A DNA stretch of 64,000 nucleotides from Lama guanicoe (Eukaryota). Within the stretch, counting starts at the first letter, position 1, and every line of letters starts with the position of its first letter. The stretch spans positions 868,001 through 932,000 of the forward strand of contig MU053559.1 in assembly GCA_013239625.1 (NCBI GenBank), written 5' to 3'. The notes under the pieces were generated by a model. That model worked only from the letters and a program-made list of their open reading frames with translations, had not been told where the DNA came from and ran no database searches. Both the position numbers and the translations under genes were made by a program. This document shows, piece by piece, positions 24,832 to 37,819 of the stretch.

Positions 24832-25309
24832 TATCCTGAATATATTGTGGGCTAAGTTCCAGACCACCACAATAAAGCGAATATTGCAATAAAGTGAATC
24901 ACATGAATTTTTTTTGGTTTCCCACTGCATACAAAAGTTATGTTTACACTATATTGTTAAGTATTAAGTGTGCAGTAGCATTAAGTCTAAAAAATGTACA
25001 TACCTTAATTTTAAAATATTTTGTTGCTAAAAAATGCTAACCATCATCTGAGCCTTCAGCAAGTTGTAGTAGTAACATCGAATATCACTGATCACAGATC
25101 ACCATAACAAATATAATAATGAAAAAGTTTGAAATATTATGAGAATTACCAAAATGTGACATAGAGACATGAAATGAGCAAATACTGTTGGAAAAGTGGT
25201 GTTGATAGACTTGCTCAATGCAGGGTTGCCACAAACCTTCAATTTGTAAAAACCGCAATTATCTACAAAATGCAATAAAGCAAATGCAATAAAGTGAGGA
25301 ACACCTGTA
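24832..25309 (-). mobile_element. Internally deleted Tigger1-family (TcMar) DNA transposon
   Basis: Both Tigger1-type ends are present: gttccagaccaccacaataaagcgaatattgcaataaag and cagggttgccacaaaccttcaatttgtaaaaa..aataaagtgaggaacacctg followed by TA. Confidence 0.8.
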
Positions 25310-26129
25310 TTGATAAGATTCTGATTCAATTTTTTTTTTGTCAAAAATACTTCAGAGGCGGTGTGACCAATGCTTCCATCGGGTTATCTTCCATCTTCCA
25401 TGTCAGATTGTCTTTTTTTGTGATTTTAGGAGTAATTGGTGCTTGTTGCCTATTTACACTAATTCCAAATGGTTTCCAAAAGAATGATATTCTATCTCTA
25501 TTACTCCTTCACTTATTAGTAGAGCACTTTTATAAATAAAAACTTTCTTTCATCAATTATTTGGTTATCTTGCGTCAAAGGCCATGTAAGAAGAGCAGGA
25601 GAAATGTTTTATTCTTTCTCTTTATTTAAGCAGATTTCAAATTAATGAAGTGGTTTACTAGCGCCTCCAAATGTGACCTACGAGTTGTTTCTGTATCAAT
25701 ATGAATTCTCAGATTTGAATATATTTAATGTGTTTCAGTCAGTTGCAGTTATCCCTACTGCTACTCAAATTGTCCCATCTTTCACCAGTGGAAGCCTTTT
25801 TGACTGATTTCTGAGTTCTTTTGACATGAATATAGCAGCTTTTGAAAGCATCCTTGCTAGCTGGAATGACAAGACGTGCTGATATCATTTTATACTTGTC
25901 TTTCCTAAAAATCAGTAATTTTGCAAAGGAGCTCTGATTGCTTTTAATGGGTAATAGTATGTATAGACTCCCATCCAGGAGATGGGGTTGCCCATTGCTA
26001 CTGTGTCAGCCACTGCTTCTAAGTCTTTTCGGTGGACAGAGCTACGAAATAAGTATCATGAATCACATTGATACTTCTGATTCAAATTTGGGTATACAGA
26101 TGTTTATACCTCTTATCAGTCTTATATCT

Positions 26130-26548
26130 GTATAGTGGGTTGAATGGTGACCTCCAAGGTATATGTCCACCTGGAACCTCAGAATGTGACCTTATTTGGA
26201 ATAGGGTCTGTGAAGATATAATTAAGGATGATCTTGAGATAGGGTCATCCTGGATTAGAGTGGGCCCTAAATCCAATGACGGGTGTACTTAAAGAGACAG
26301 AAAAGGAGAAGACATACAGAGACAGGAGGGAGATGCCATGTGAAGTCTGAGGCAGAGATTGAAGTGGTATTTCTACAGGCCAAGGATTGCTGACAGTCAA
26401 CAGAAGCGAGGAGAGAGGCACAGAAGAAAAAGAACCAACCCTGCTGGCATCTACATTTTGGACTTCTGGCCCTCAAGAACTGTGAACTTCTGGCCTTTAA
26501 ACTGTTGTTTTAAGTCACCAAGCTTGTGGTAATTTATTAGCTAATACA
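26130..26548 (+). mobile_element. MaLR solo LTR (MLT1-type)
   Basis: tgtatagtgggttgaatggt..acctcagaatgtgaccttatttggaatagggtc..tgttttaagtcaccaagcttgtggtaattt..ctaataca. Confidence 0.85.
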
Positions 26549-27307
26549 ATATATATCTTCATTCTTCCACTAACAACAGCACAAGCCTTGCAGACTAGCC
26601 CACAACAGACACACAGTCTCTAAATAACAATACCACCACTACTACCATTACCATGTATATACACACACATCTTCCTCCACTTTTGAAAAATGGTAGCATA
26701 CTACATGCTTTTTTCCACCTTACTTTTACAATTAACAATATCTATTAGAGATCTCTCATAGTGGTTCATCTTCCTCGTTCCTTTATACAGCTGCATAGTA
26801 TTCCAAACTGTGACTACCATAGCTTACTAAACTGTCCCCTATTAATGAATATTTGAATTGTTTCTAGCCTTCTGTTGTTAAAAATAGTGCTTCAGTGAAT
26901 TGCCTTTTTATACTTTTACCAGTGTAACTTTGAAATAAATTGTAAGGGGTGAGATTGTTGGATCAAAGGGTAAATGCATATGAAATTTCATAAGATATCA
27001 CCAAGTTCTTGTCCCTTAGAAGCTGTACCTGAGATATAGGAAAATACCCATTTCCCCACAGGCTCACCAACTGAGTGTGCTACCAAACTTGGATTTTGGG
27101 TAGATGATATCTTAGTATAGCTTATTTTGTTTTCAGAATTAAATTTTATTTCACGTTGATAGAAGTTGAAAAAAAGTTTTATGTTTTCCCATGTTACAGT
27201 AGAATATTTCATTGTAATGAGAGATTTCTTATCACAAATAAAATCTTCCCACTTTAAATCAACTGAAAGTTTATGTTCTCCAAGGTAAAGGAAAATAATT
27301 CCATAAA

Positions 27308-27465
27308 TCAGGAGTTAGCAAATTATGGCCCATTGGCCAAATCTGGCATGCCATCTTATTCTGTAAATAAAGTTTTATTGGAACACAGCCACATCCATCT
27401 ATTTGCATATTGTCTATAGCTTCTTTCATGCTACAATACAGAGTTGACTAATTGTGACAGAGGCT
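27308..27465. mobile_element. MER58A-like hAT MITE fragment
   Basis: caggagttagcaaattatggcccattggccaaatctggc..gtaaataaagttttattggaacacagccac. Confidence 0.75.
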
Positions 27466-28405
27466 TTACTATCAATTAGAACACAGTTATAAAGAAACAT
27501 TTATAATTTTGTTTGATTAGTAGGAATTTAGCAGACTAATTAATAATAATAGATCAGAAAGCATACATTTCTACCATGTATTAAACCTTGTGGTCTTTGC
27601 ACTACATTTCCAGAATTCGAAATAACCCTTTTTGTATTATCCATTAACAAATTTCCTTCCAAAGGTTGTTTGGCAGTACTCTGAAATATTTTAATTTATA
27701 AAGTCAAGCGATCACTATTTTTATGTTTGTACAAAAACTAATTTTTAAAAATCATTTGACAAAGTCAATTTTTCAAATGAGTCTATTGGCAGGCTTTTTT
27801 TTAAAGCAATTTTTGATGGACTGCTAATTTTTTCACAGTGCTTAGTTTCAAACATAACTAACAAAAACAGAAACAAAAATAACTCAAAGAAATATTTGTA
27901 TATTACCATTACAGATGAGAAAATAACAAAAAAGAAACAAATTTCAATTCAGTTGCAAAACCATAAATTGAGATAGTATCTGCAATTATGTCTATCAAGC
28001 CATTTTGAGAACTTAAATGTGTTGAATATTATAGAATATTTAAGGAAAATGACTTAAGATTCTAAAATTAGTCTTCTCTAAATTAAAAATATTCTAAGAT
28101 GGATAAGAAAAATCTGAACCAGATACCTGTAATAACAATAACATTTACCTTCTTACAGAACTTGTTTTCATTCTATGATACTAGGAGAATCATTTTAGGC
28201 AAAATCATCTTAGAAACCATAATTTTTAATTAAAGTCTTTAAAATTTCAAAACATATTAAAATGTAACACTAAATATTCTTCCAGTTGGTTACAGAAAAA
28301 TAAAACCACAAAATTATTCCTAATCTAAGGTAACTGCTTAAGAAATTAGTATAGAGGCCTAAAGTGGTATCTAGTTTCTTTATGTAATAAATATATATTA
28401 AACTC

Positions 28406-29061
28406 TGTTAGAGCAGGCAGATAGCTAGATATGAGCAGAGCAAGGGGGACACAGACCAAATGGCAGGAATTGGGCAGAAAGGAGGGGCACGGGCCAAATG
28501 CAGGAAACCACACATCATGTAAGCACCAGGGGTCCCCGGGCAGACACAGAAAAGCAGGAAGCTTTGGGCTGATAAGTGGTCACACCTTTTGGGGTGGTGA
28601 GTGGCCTACTACAAAGAAAGAAAAGGCAGGAATTTCCAGTGTCCGAATGTAACCTTTTGCTCATTATGCCCTCATTTCAAAAAAATTAGCCTTGCAGATT
28701 AGAAGTACCCATCATGCACTGATGCCATGACACTTCTGATCCAGACTAAATAAGGACAAAAATCCCTCCTCCCTTTGGGAATGTGGAGTTAGGATGACAA
28801 TCAGAGAAGGGGAATACGACCCCAAACCCTTCCCTCCCCAATGAATATTCTGCTCATTCATTTTTACACCCTATGTAACTCACTTGCCAAAGAAACACAG
28901 GGCAGCCACTCACCTGAGCCTGTCCACTCTCCCCTTGAGAGTGTACTATCTATCCTTTAATCAGTTCTCACTTTACTTTTTTTTAACCACTACTTTTTGT
29001 CTCTGAATTCTTTCTGGGACCGGACAAGAATCTGGAACACTGGTTGCATCCACCGGTAACA
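28406..29061 (+). mobile_element. ERV1-type solo LTR (656 bp)
   Basis: TGTTA...TAACA inverted termini with a 4-bp TSD ACTC at 28402-28405 and 29062-29065. Confidence 0.8.
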
Positions 29062-30529
29062 ACTCCATCTGACTGAGTATGTCAATGTATGAATTGCAGA
29101 TGTCCAAGGCAAGGAGGCAATATTTTATCTGCTATGAGGGGTATTAAAAGAGAAACACAATTTTGTCCCTAAAAGTGAGAAAAGAATGTTAAATAGAAGT
29201 AACATGTGAAAAAAAAGACACATTAGTATCTGAAATAAAGGCACCATTAATAAGGAGAGTAATAATATCACTCATTTATTGATGCTTCAAACTATTATCT
29301 TCCATTGTTGGGAATAATGCAATATCTCTTCATTCTTTTGTGTCACAATCATCACATATATATGAATAAACATACAAAAATACAGACACTGCCCGGTGAC
29401 TAAGCATTTTTGGAACAAATCAAGAGTCTAAGTCACAGCATGCATACGTCATTTGTATCAGAACTGTTAATTTATACCGGTACAAATTTTCATGAAGCAT
29501 ACTAACATTTTTAAATGATGTAATCAAAAATCTCGTTTAAAGAAGGGAGAGACTTCTAGAATGGCTAAGTGAGGAGCTTGGCAAATCCTCTCCCCAAAAA
29601 GCAATTATAAAAGTAGACAAAATTGTCAAAAAGCAACCAGCTAAAGACTCTGGAAATTGACCGAAGTTATCCAACAAATTGAAAAGTGCTGACTCAAGAA
29701 AATCTGCTGAACCTCAGTGAGAACGGTGGGAGTCTGTTAACTGGAGCTGTTCCTTCCCCCTCCAGCTCTGAGACACAAAAGTTTCACTGGGAAAGAACAG
29801 TCCCCACGACTAGCAGCTCTGCTACAGGAGGGGGCTGACTTTATTTGGAGCAGAGTGAGGAAAATTCCATGCCCAGGGGCGTTAGCAAAACCATCAGTGA
29901 CCTCAGTGGCTAACAATCAGGAAAGGTCAACAATGTAGCCTGCTATTAACCAGTCAGTCGTAAATTTAAGAGGGAGATCTAGGGAATGACACAGACAAGA
30001 CAGGCCTTGATAAGATCCTAGTTATCAAGTGATCTAGAAGAACTGTGCACATGAGCAAATCTTCATGCATATTCAGGAGAAACTGGAATGAGCCCTAGCA
30101 AGCTACTCTGCCCTGGTTGAACATAAAATACTGTGAATGCAGAAAGTAAAAACCAAGAGATACTTGGAAAGTAGCTGCACTTTTAATGCATCCCCTCAAG
30201 CTACACCCAGATCCATCAGCAAAGGGTAGCTGCCTTACTGCCTGGAGGTGTGTAACTATAATCTCTGACCAATCACTGATGTCAAGTAAGCTGTGCTGAC
30301 CCAAGGACTACCCTAACAAGGTATATTCTCTACATTTTCTTAAATATAGAAAAACAATGTTTGTAAACACTGAGCAGAAATAAAACTGGCCAGACACTGT
30401 GAGGAAAAACCCTCCTTAGAATGAGTCCGAGCAAGTCACAAAACAAAAACACCCCCCACAGGATAGGGTGATCAGAATCGAGAGTTGTTACAATATATTA
30501 CCTAATATATCCTGTTTTTCACACTGCCC

Positions 30530-31476
30530 ACTCCTCAAGCCAAAAATAGGCAGATCTAAACAAGCAATTCTCCAAAGAAGAAATACAAATGATCAATAGG
30601 CACATGAAAAACTGCTCAATATCACTAATTGTCAGAGAAATGCAAATCAAAACTACAATGAGGTATCACCTCACACCAGCCAGAATAGTCATCATTCAAA
30701 AGTCCACAAATGACAGATGCTGGAGAGGCTGTGGAGAAAGGGGAACCCTCCTACACTGCTGGTGGGAATGCAGTTTGGTGCAGCCACTGTGGAAAACAGT
30801 ATGGAGGTTCCTCAAAAGACTAGAAATAGACTTACCATAGGACCCAGGAATCCCACTCCTGGGCATATACCCAGAAGGAACCCTACTTCAAAAAGACACC
30901 TGCACCCCAGTGTTCACAGCAGCACTATTTACAATAGCCAAGACATGGAAACAGCCTAAATGTCCATCGACAGATGACTGGATAAAGAAGAAATGGTACA
31001 TTTATACAATGGAATACTATTCAGCCATAAAAAACCAACAACATAACGCCATTTGCAGCAACATGGATGTCCCTGGAGAATGTCATTCTAAGTGAAGTAA
31101 GCCAGAAAGAGAAAGAAAAATATCATATGAGATCGCTTATATGTGGAATCTAAAAAAAAAAAGAACATAAAAACAAAACAGAAACAGACTCACAGACATA
31201 GAATACAAACTTGTGGTTGCCAAGGAGGAGGGGGAGGGAAGGGACAGACTGGGAGTTTGAAATTTGTAGATACTGACAGGCATATGCAGAATAGATAAAC
31301 AAGATTATACTGTATAGCACAGGGAAATACATACAAGATCTTGTGGTAGCTCACAGCGAAAAAGAACGTGACAATGAATATACGTATGTTCATGTATAAC
31401 TGAAAAGTTGTTCTCTACACTGGACATTGACACAACATTGTAAACTGACTATAACTCAATAAAAAATGCAAAAAAA
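30530..31476 (+). mobile_element. 5'-truncated young LINE-1
   Basis: ORF2 C-terminal peptides (30589-30840, 30910-31095), 3' UTR with AATAAA and an A tail, flanked by a long direct repeat. Confidence 0.9.
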
Positions 31477-31529
31477 AGAGTTGTTACAATGTATTATCTA
31501 ATATATCCTGTTTTCACACTGCCCCCCCA

Positions 31530-34125
31530 AAAAAAAACAAAAGACAACAAAAAATTATGAGACATGCAAGAAAAAAAGTATGATCTATACACGGGGGAAA
31601 AAACATTCAATAGAAGCTGTCTATGAAGGGGGTCCATATGTTGCACTTAGCATACAAAGACTTCAAAACAGCTATTATGAATATAAATAAATAAGAGAAA
31701 CCATGAGAGAGAAACAATACTTTATATATGTGAGACAATAATATGGATGAGAGTGAATCTCTCATCAGAAAACATGGAGGCCAGAAGGAACTGGCCGTAA
31801 CATTTTTCAAGCGATAAAGTAAAAGAAATGTCAGCTAAGAAGTCCTAACCAGCAAAAAATATCCTTTAGGAATAAAAGCGCAATCAAGCATTCTCAGCTG
31901 AAAAAAAAATCTAAGAGAATCTGTCACCTGTATACCTACCTTGAAAGTATGGCTAAAGGAAATCCTTGTAACAGAAAAGTAATGATAAAAGAAGGAATCT
32001 TGGAACAACGGAAAGGAAGTCAGGACATCTGAAGGAGTAAAAACAGGGGTAAGTGAAATGGACTTGACTTCTCGAGTTTTCCAAATCATATTTGACAGTG
32101 GAAGCAAAAATTGTAAGTTGTTTGATGTGGTTTTCAAAGTATGTAGAGGAAATACTTAATATTATGAAAGGAGGAGGATAAAGGGACTTAAATGGAGGTA
32201 AGGACTTTACATTTTACTCTCCAGGCAAAATAGGGGGGAAATGTGGTATATACACATAATGAAATATTATTCAGCCACAAAAAGGAATAAAGTACTAATA
32301 AATGTTACAACATGGATGAATGAACTTTGAAAACATTATGCTAAGTGAAAAGCCAGATATAAGAGGTCACATATTGTATGATTCCATTTATACAAAATGT
32401 CTAGAATACACACATCTATTAGAGACAGAAAATAGATTTGTGGTTGCTTAGGGCTGGAGAGGACGCAAGAGTGGGCACAGGAGTTCAATTAGGGGTAATG
32501 AAAATGTTTTAAAATTAGATTGTGGTGATGTTGCACAACTCTGTGAATATACTAAAAATCACTGAATTGTACACTTCAAATGTATGGGTTTTACGGTATG
32601 TGAATTATATTCCAATAAAGCTGTTTTTAAAAACTATCATAAACTTCAGATACACATTACTATATTTAAGATGGACAAAGAACAAGGGCTTACTGCACAG
32701 CACAGGAAACTATACTCAATTTCTTCTAATGAGCCATAATGGAAAAGAAACTGAAAAAATATATATGTATGTATGTAGATGTATAACTGAAATGCTTCGC
32801 TGTAACCTGAAACTAACACTGTAAACTGACTATGCTTTGAAATAAGAATAAAAAACAAAAAAAATTATAAACTTAAGTGTAAAACATTACACTACAAAAC
32901 TTCTAGAATAAAACATAGGATAAAATCTTTGCGAGCTAGGCTTGTGAAGACATAACACCAAAAGCATGATCCAAAAAGAAAAATAATCAATAAACTGGAC
33001 TTCAAAAATTAAAACCTTTTGCTCTGCAAAAGACCCCATTAAGAGGACAAAAAGACAAACTGAAAGAAAACATTTGCAAACCATATGTATGACAATGACA
33101 AAGGGTTTGTATCTATAGTATATAAAGAACTCTGAAAACTCAAAAGTTAAAAAAAATTCAATTAGAAAATAAGAAAAGGATGTGAAAAGACACTTCACCA
33201 GAGAGGATTGTGAATGACAAAATAGCACAGGACAAGGTGTTCCACATCATGAACTAAGGCCACAATGAGCTATCACTAAACACCTGATAGAATGGCTTAA
33301 AATGTTTTAAATAGTGACAACACCAAATGCTAGAGAAGATGCAAAAGAACCAGGTCACTCATCCATTGCTGGTGAGACTATAAAATAATACAGCCACTCT
33401 GGAAAACAGTTTGTCAGTTTCTTAAAGAAATTAAACATACACTACCATGCAACCCAACAATTGCATTCCTGGGCATTTATCCTAGAGATATGAGAATTAA
33501 ATCCACACAAAAACCTGTACATGATTGTTGATAGCAGCCTTACTGGTAATAGCCGAAAGCTGGAAACAACCTAAATGTCCCTGAATACATGAATGGTTAA
33601 ACAAACTGTGATACATCCACACCATGGGATACTACTCACAACGAAAGGAAGGAACTACTGATACCTACAACAACTTGGATGGATTTCCAGGGCATTACAC
33701 GGAATGGGAAAAAAAAAAAACGAGTCTCAAAGGGACACATACGGTATAATTCCATTCATAAAACATTCTCAAAATGACAAAATATAGAAAGGGAAAACAG
33801 ATTAGTGGTTGCCAGGAGTTACAGATAATGGAGAGAAGGGTGGGTGCAACTATGAAAGGGTAGCATGAAGCAGATCATTACAGTGAGAAAATATTTCTGT
33901 ATCCTGATTGTGGCAGAAGTTACTGAATCTGCACATGTAAAAAGACAGCATAGAACTGTATACACACATCATACTGACATCAGTTTCCTTTGTTTGATAT
34001 TGTACTATAGTTATGTAAGACTCAACCATTGCAGGAAACTGGGTGAAAGTACACAGGACCTCTCTGTGCTATTTTTGGAAATTCCAGTGAATCTATAATT
34101 ATTTCAAAATAAAAAACTTAATGAA
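31530..34125 (+). mobile_element. Cluster of old LINE-1 fragments (ORF1 end and several 3' ends)
   Basis: L1M-type motifs such as aacatggatgaa..ttgaaaacattatgctaagtgaaa, ccactctggaaaacagttt, gattagtggttgccagg. Confidence 0.75.
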
Positions 34126-34764
34126 GACAAAATACATTCCTAGAGAAAACAAAGACAAGGAGAATTCTTTGTTGGGTGACCCGGCTTAACAAGAAACCAT
34201 AAAAGAAGTTTTAAATTTTTATTTTTAAACTTTATCTATTATAGATTATCTATTGATGATTTTCATGAACATAACTGACCGCATTTTTTGCTATGGCTAT
34301 AGGAAGATTAGAGACAAATTCACAGCTAAGTGCAGATGTAAATTTCGTACCTGCCTCCCAACCTTCTCTGATGCTAATCTTTTACTTCATATTTTCTGTG
34401 ATTCTACCTTTAGTTTTCAATTTTGTGGAATGTGTTCTTATCAGGTTCCAAATATCCAGTGGAAAATAAAATAGGCAATGAATGAACAAATAAGCCATAA
34501 CTCATCTGGGCCTCATTCGTTTCTTGCTCTTCTTAGGTAAAGGCAAAGACAGAGATCTCTGGTCATAGCTGGGGGAGGTTAGATGGTAGGAGGTTGGACG
34601 GGAGGAAGAGAAAATATACGTGGAGATATGAGAGCCTCATATCTCCCAGAAGCACCAGCCTGAAAATGTCTACCTGTAAGCTGGGTAAGAGGTCACCAGG
34701 GGAAGCCAGAGAGGGCCACGTGCTTCTAGCCCCAACCTATGAAGTAGTGACTGACGTGATGGTG

Positions 34765-36107
34765 TAGGGCTGGCAAACTTTCTGTAAAGAGTAAGATAGT
34801 GAATACCTTAGGAATTTCAGGCCATGTGGTCTCTTTAGCAACTACTCAACTCTGCTGTTGTAGAGATGACAAATTGACATTATAATGGAGTAATCATAGT
34901 TCAGGCATACAAAAATGGAGTCGGGCAGCTTTTGAGGATCTGGTCTCAGGCGTATCCTGGCACTACTGAGAACATGAATTTTCTCCGAACTGTATAGAAT
35001 TCAAGAACACCAGCAGCCGTTTTCAAAATGATATCTGCTAGCAGCTGCTAGCTGCAACCTTGCAGTTTCAAAGTCCCCACCACCACCCCGAACCCTTGGC
35101 ACGTATGTAAGCATTTTGAATCCCAATCAATGCTTGCTTAACAAACACCCTTACTTCTTGCCAGCTCCAATCCTAATTTTGACAATTTATGTAAACTCAC
35201 TGGATTTTTTTCTTTTGCCTTTATAAAGCTCTTCCGTTTTGTAGTCCTGCAGAACACAATTCAAGTGCTTCTTGAGTCTGTGTCTCCCAGATTAGTCCTA
35301 ACAAACTCAAAATGAATGCCTCTTTATTTCAACCAAGCCTCCATTCTTGGAATTCTTGGTTAACGTAGCATGAAACCAGTCACAGACGTTAAATTGTTGA
35401 CAGAAGTAACCAATAAACAATCTATGATAGGAATAGGAATAGAAAAGAGCTTTACTTGAGACAAACTGAGGACTACAGCCCAGAAGACAGCCTCTCAGAT
35501 CACTCTGAGGAACTGCTCCAGAGAAACATGGTTTTCAGCACAGTTTTCTATCTTGTCAGAACACAGAACATCAAACAAGTCAGGGATACTTTCCTTCAAA
35601 GTTTAAAAAAAAAGATCAGCATGTACACAGAGAATCAGTATAGCCTTGGCACCTGGGAAGGGAGTCTTATCAAAGAGGACCAGCATTGATGGCCCAGGAA
35701 GGCAGGCATTTAATCTTTAACGTGGACATTCTTTACTTCTGGTCAATCTGCCCTTTTCTTTAATAATTAAAGCAGATGTACAGTGTATATTTGATTGGCC
35801 ACAAACAGGCTGTTTTAGTTAGCACAAAATTCAAGTTGACTCATGTATAAGCCAGAATGACTTCCTTATACCTCAATATGTGAAAATTTCTTTCATCAAA
35901 GTAAACGAATGAGTGTGGCTGTTTAAACCTTTATTATTGAACACTGAAATTTGAATTTCACATAATTTCCCGTATCACAAAATACTCTTCTTTTCACCTT
36001 TTTTGAAGTCTTTAAAAATGTAAACAGTATTCTTAACCTGCAGACAGTAGGAAAACATTAAGGGTCAGCAAACTGGGGGTGGGGGGTTCATAGTGTGCTG
36101 ACCCCTG
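34765..36107. mobile_element. MER58B-like hAT element interrupted by two LTR-like insertions
   Basis: MER58-like pieces at 34765-34860, ~35365-35394 and 35899-36107. Inserts lie at ~34860-35364 and 35395-35898 (TGTTGA...TCATCA termini). Confidence 0.65.
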
Positions 36108-36531
36108 ATGTAAAATTTAGATGTGGAAGTTTGCTATTGGGAGTAGGTGGTGTACAACTGTCACTTAATACTTGCTTTACAATGCAGTGACCTCTGTTAG
36201 ATCAATAATCAATAAATTCCACTTCTAGAAACTTGTCACAAGGAAACAATCATAATATAATAATCATGGTTGCATACAAAAAATTGAACGCAAAGACTGT
36301 TATCCCTTCCTAGACATGTCAACAATTACTGTGTGGTGTGAAAAGAGAAAAAAGCAAATACAGTGAAATATTAACATTTGGTGAATCTAAGTGAAGACTG
36401 TATGGGTGTTCAGTTACTTTAAAAGACTTACTGAATATTCTAAACAATTACACCTTAATTCAAAACCTGGGTGTTCGGTGCCAACTTTTCCGTAGGTTTG
36501 AAATGTAAAAATAAAGTTGGAAACGTTTTTT

Positions 36532-36840
36532 TTAACATTTTTTATTGATTTATAATCATTTTACAGTGTTGTGTCAAATTCCAGTGTTCAGCACAATTTT
36601 TCAGTCATTCATGGACATATACACACTCATTGTCACATTTTTTTCTCTGTGATTTATCATAACATTTTGTGTATATTTCCCTGTGCTATACAGTGTAATC
36701 TTGTTTATCTATTCTACAATTTTGAAATCCCAGTCTATCCCTTCCCACCCTCTACCCCCCCCCCACCCCCCGGTAACCACAAGTCTGTATTCTCTGTCCA
36801 TGAGTCTATTTCTGTCCTGTATTTTTGCTTTGTTTTTGGA
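36532..36840 (-). mobile_element. Young LINE-1 3' end
   Basis: Near-identical to 11814-12086, with TSD AAACGTTTTTT at 36521-36531 and 36841-36851. Confidence 0.85.
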
Positions 36841-37819
36841 AAACGTTTTTTAAAGTAAAAAATGTGGGGGTTTTGGTGAAATGTAAGTTAATAGACTTGC
36901 ACAGACCCATATCCAGCTCATCAGAACTCTGTGTTCTCCATGTATAAAGGTAATAAATGTAACATCCCTTTTCACAGGAAAATGGTATAGATTAACTCGG
37001 TAATATGTGTCTAACCACCTAGTGTGTGTTTCAATTACACTAAACGTCATTTTAACTATATGTAACTTGAGAAAATTTACTTTTAAAATTCTTAATATTT
37101 CCTTTGCAATCATCTTGTTCTAAGGGCAAAGAAAAGCCTGGCTTGCTTAGGTATTAAGCATTTGAAACCAAACTTGCTTTTTAGACAGTAAGCCCACAAA
37201 TTATCTGGGAAGACTTCCCTGATAGGGATGGGTGCTCTAGGCCCTGCAGGCAGGAATAGCATTTGGGGAATCAAGCATTAGGGTTCTCCTTCAGGATCAA
37301 GCCCGGACTTGCTGGGTTAGATGCTGTCATTTGAAAACCTAACACGGGAAATAAATCCATTCAATAATTTGAGCACATAAAAATAAAGTAGTAAAAAGTT
37401 CACACATTTAAACAAAAACATAGGACCTATTTTCAACTACAAGATAACCTATCTTGGGCAGAGGACTTCAGCGACACTCCATTTGACGTCCCCATTTAAT
37501 GAAGTGATTAGACATAGTGCGTTGTCCATCTCTGCTTGAACTCCAGTTATGGGTTTGGGGCCACAGAGCGGGAGTCATCAAAGGTGTATTTCAGAAAATT
37601 GGTCTCCGTTTAAAAACTTTTTTTAAATGTTCACATTCATTCCAATTTTCGGGAGTCAAACCGAAACCTCCCTGTGAAAAATTAAAATCCAGGGCGGTAG
37701 CTCGCAGGGATATACTTTCCTTTTTACAGACCAAACCCATAATCGATTTTTTTGCACATCTGCTTCCGAAGCTCTGACTTTTCAATGCTAAAAGCTTTAC
37801 TCTCTGTCTACCTCCACCT

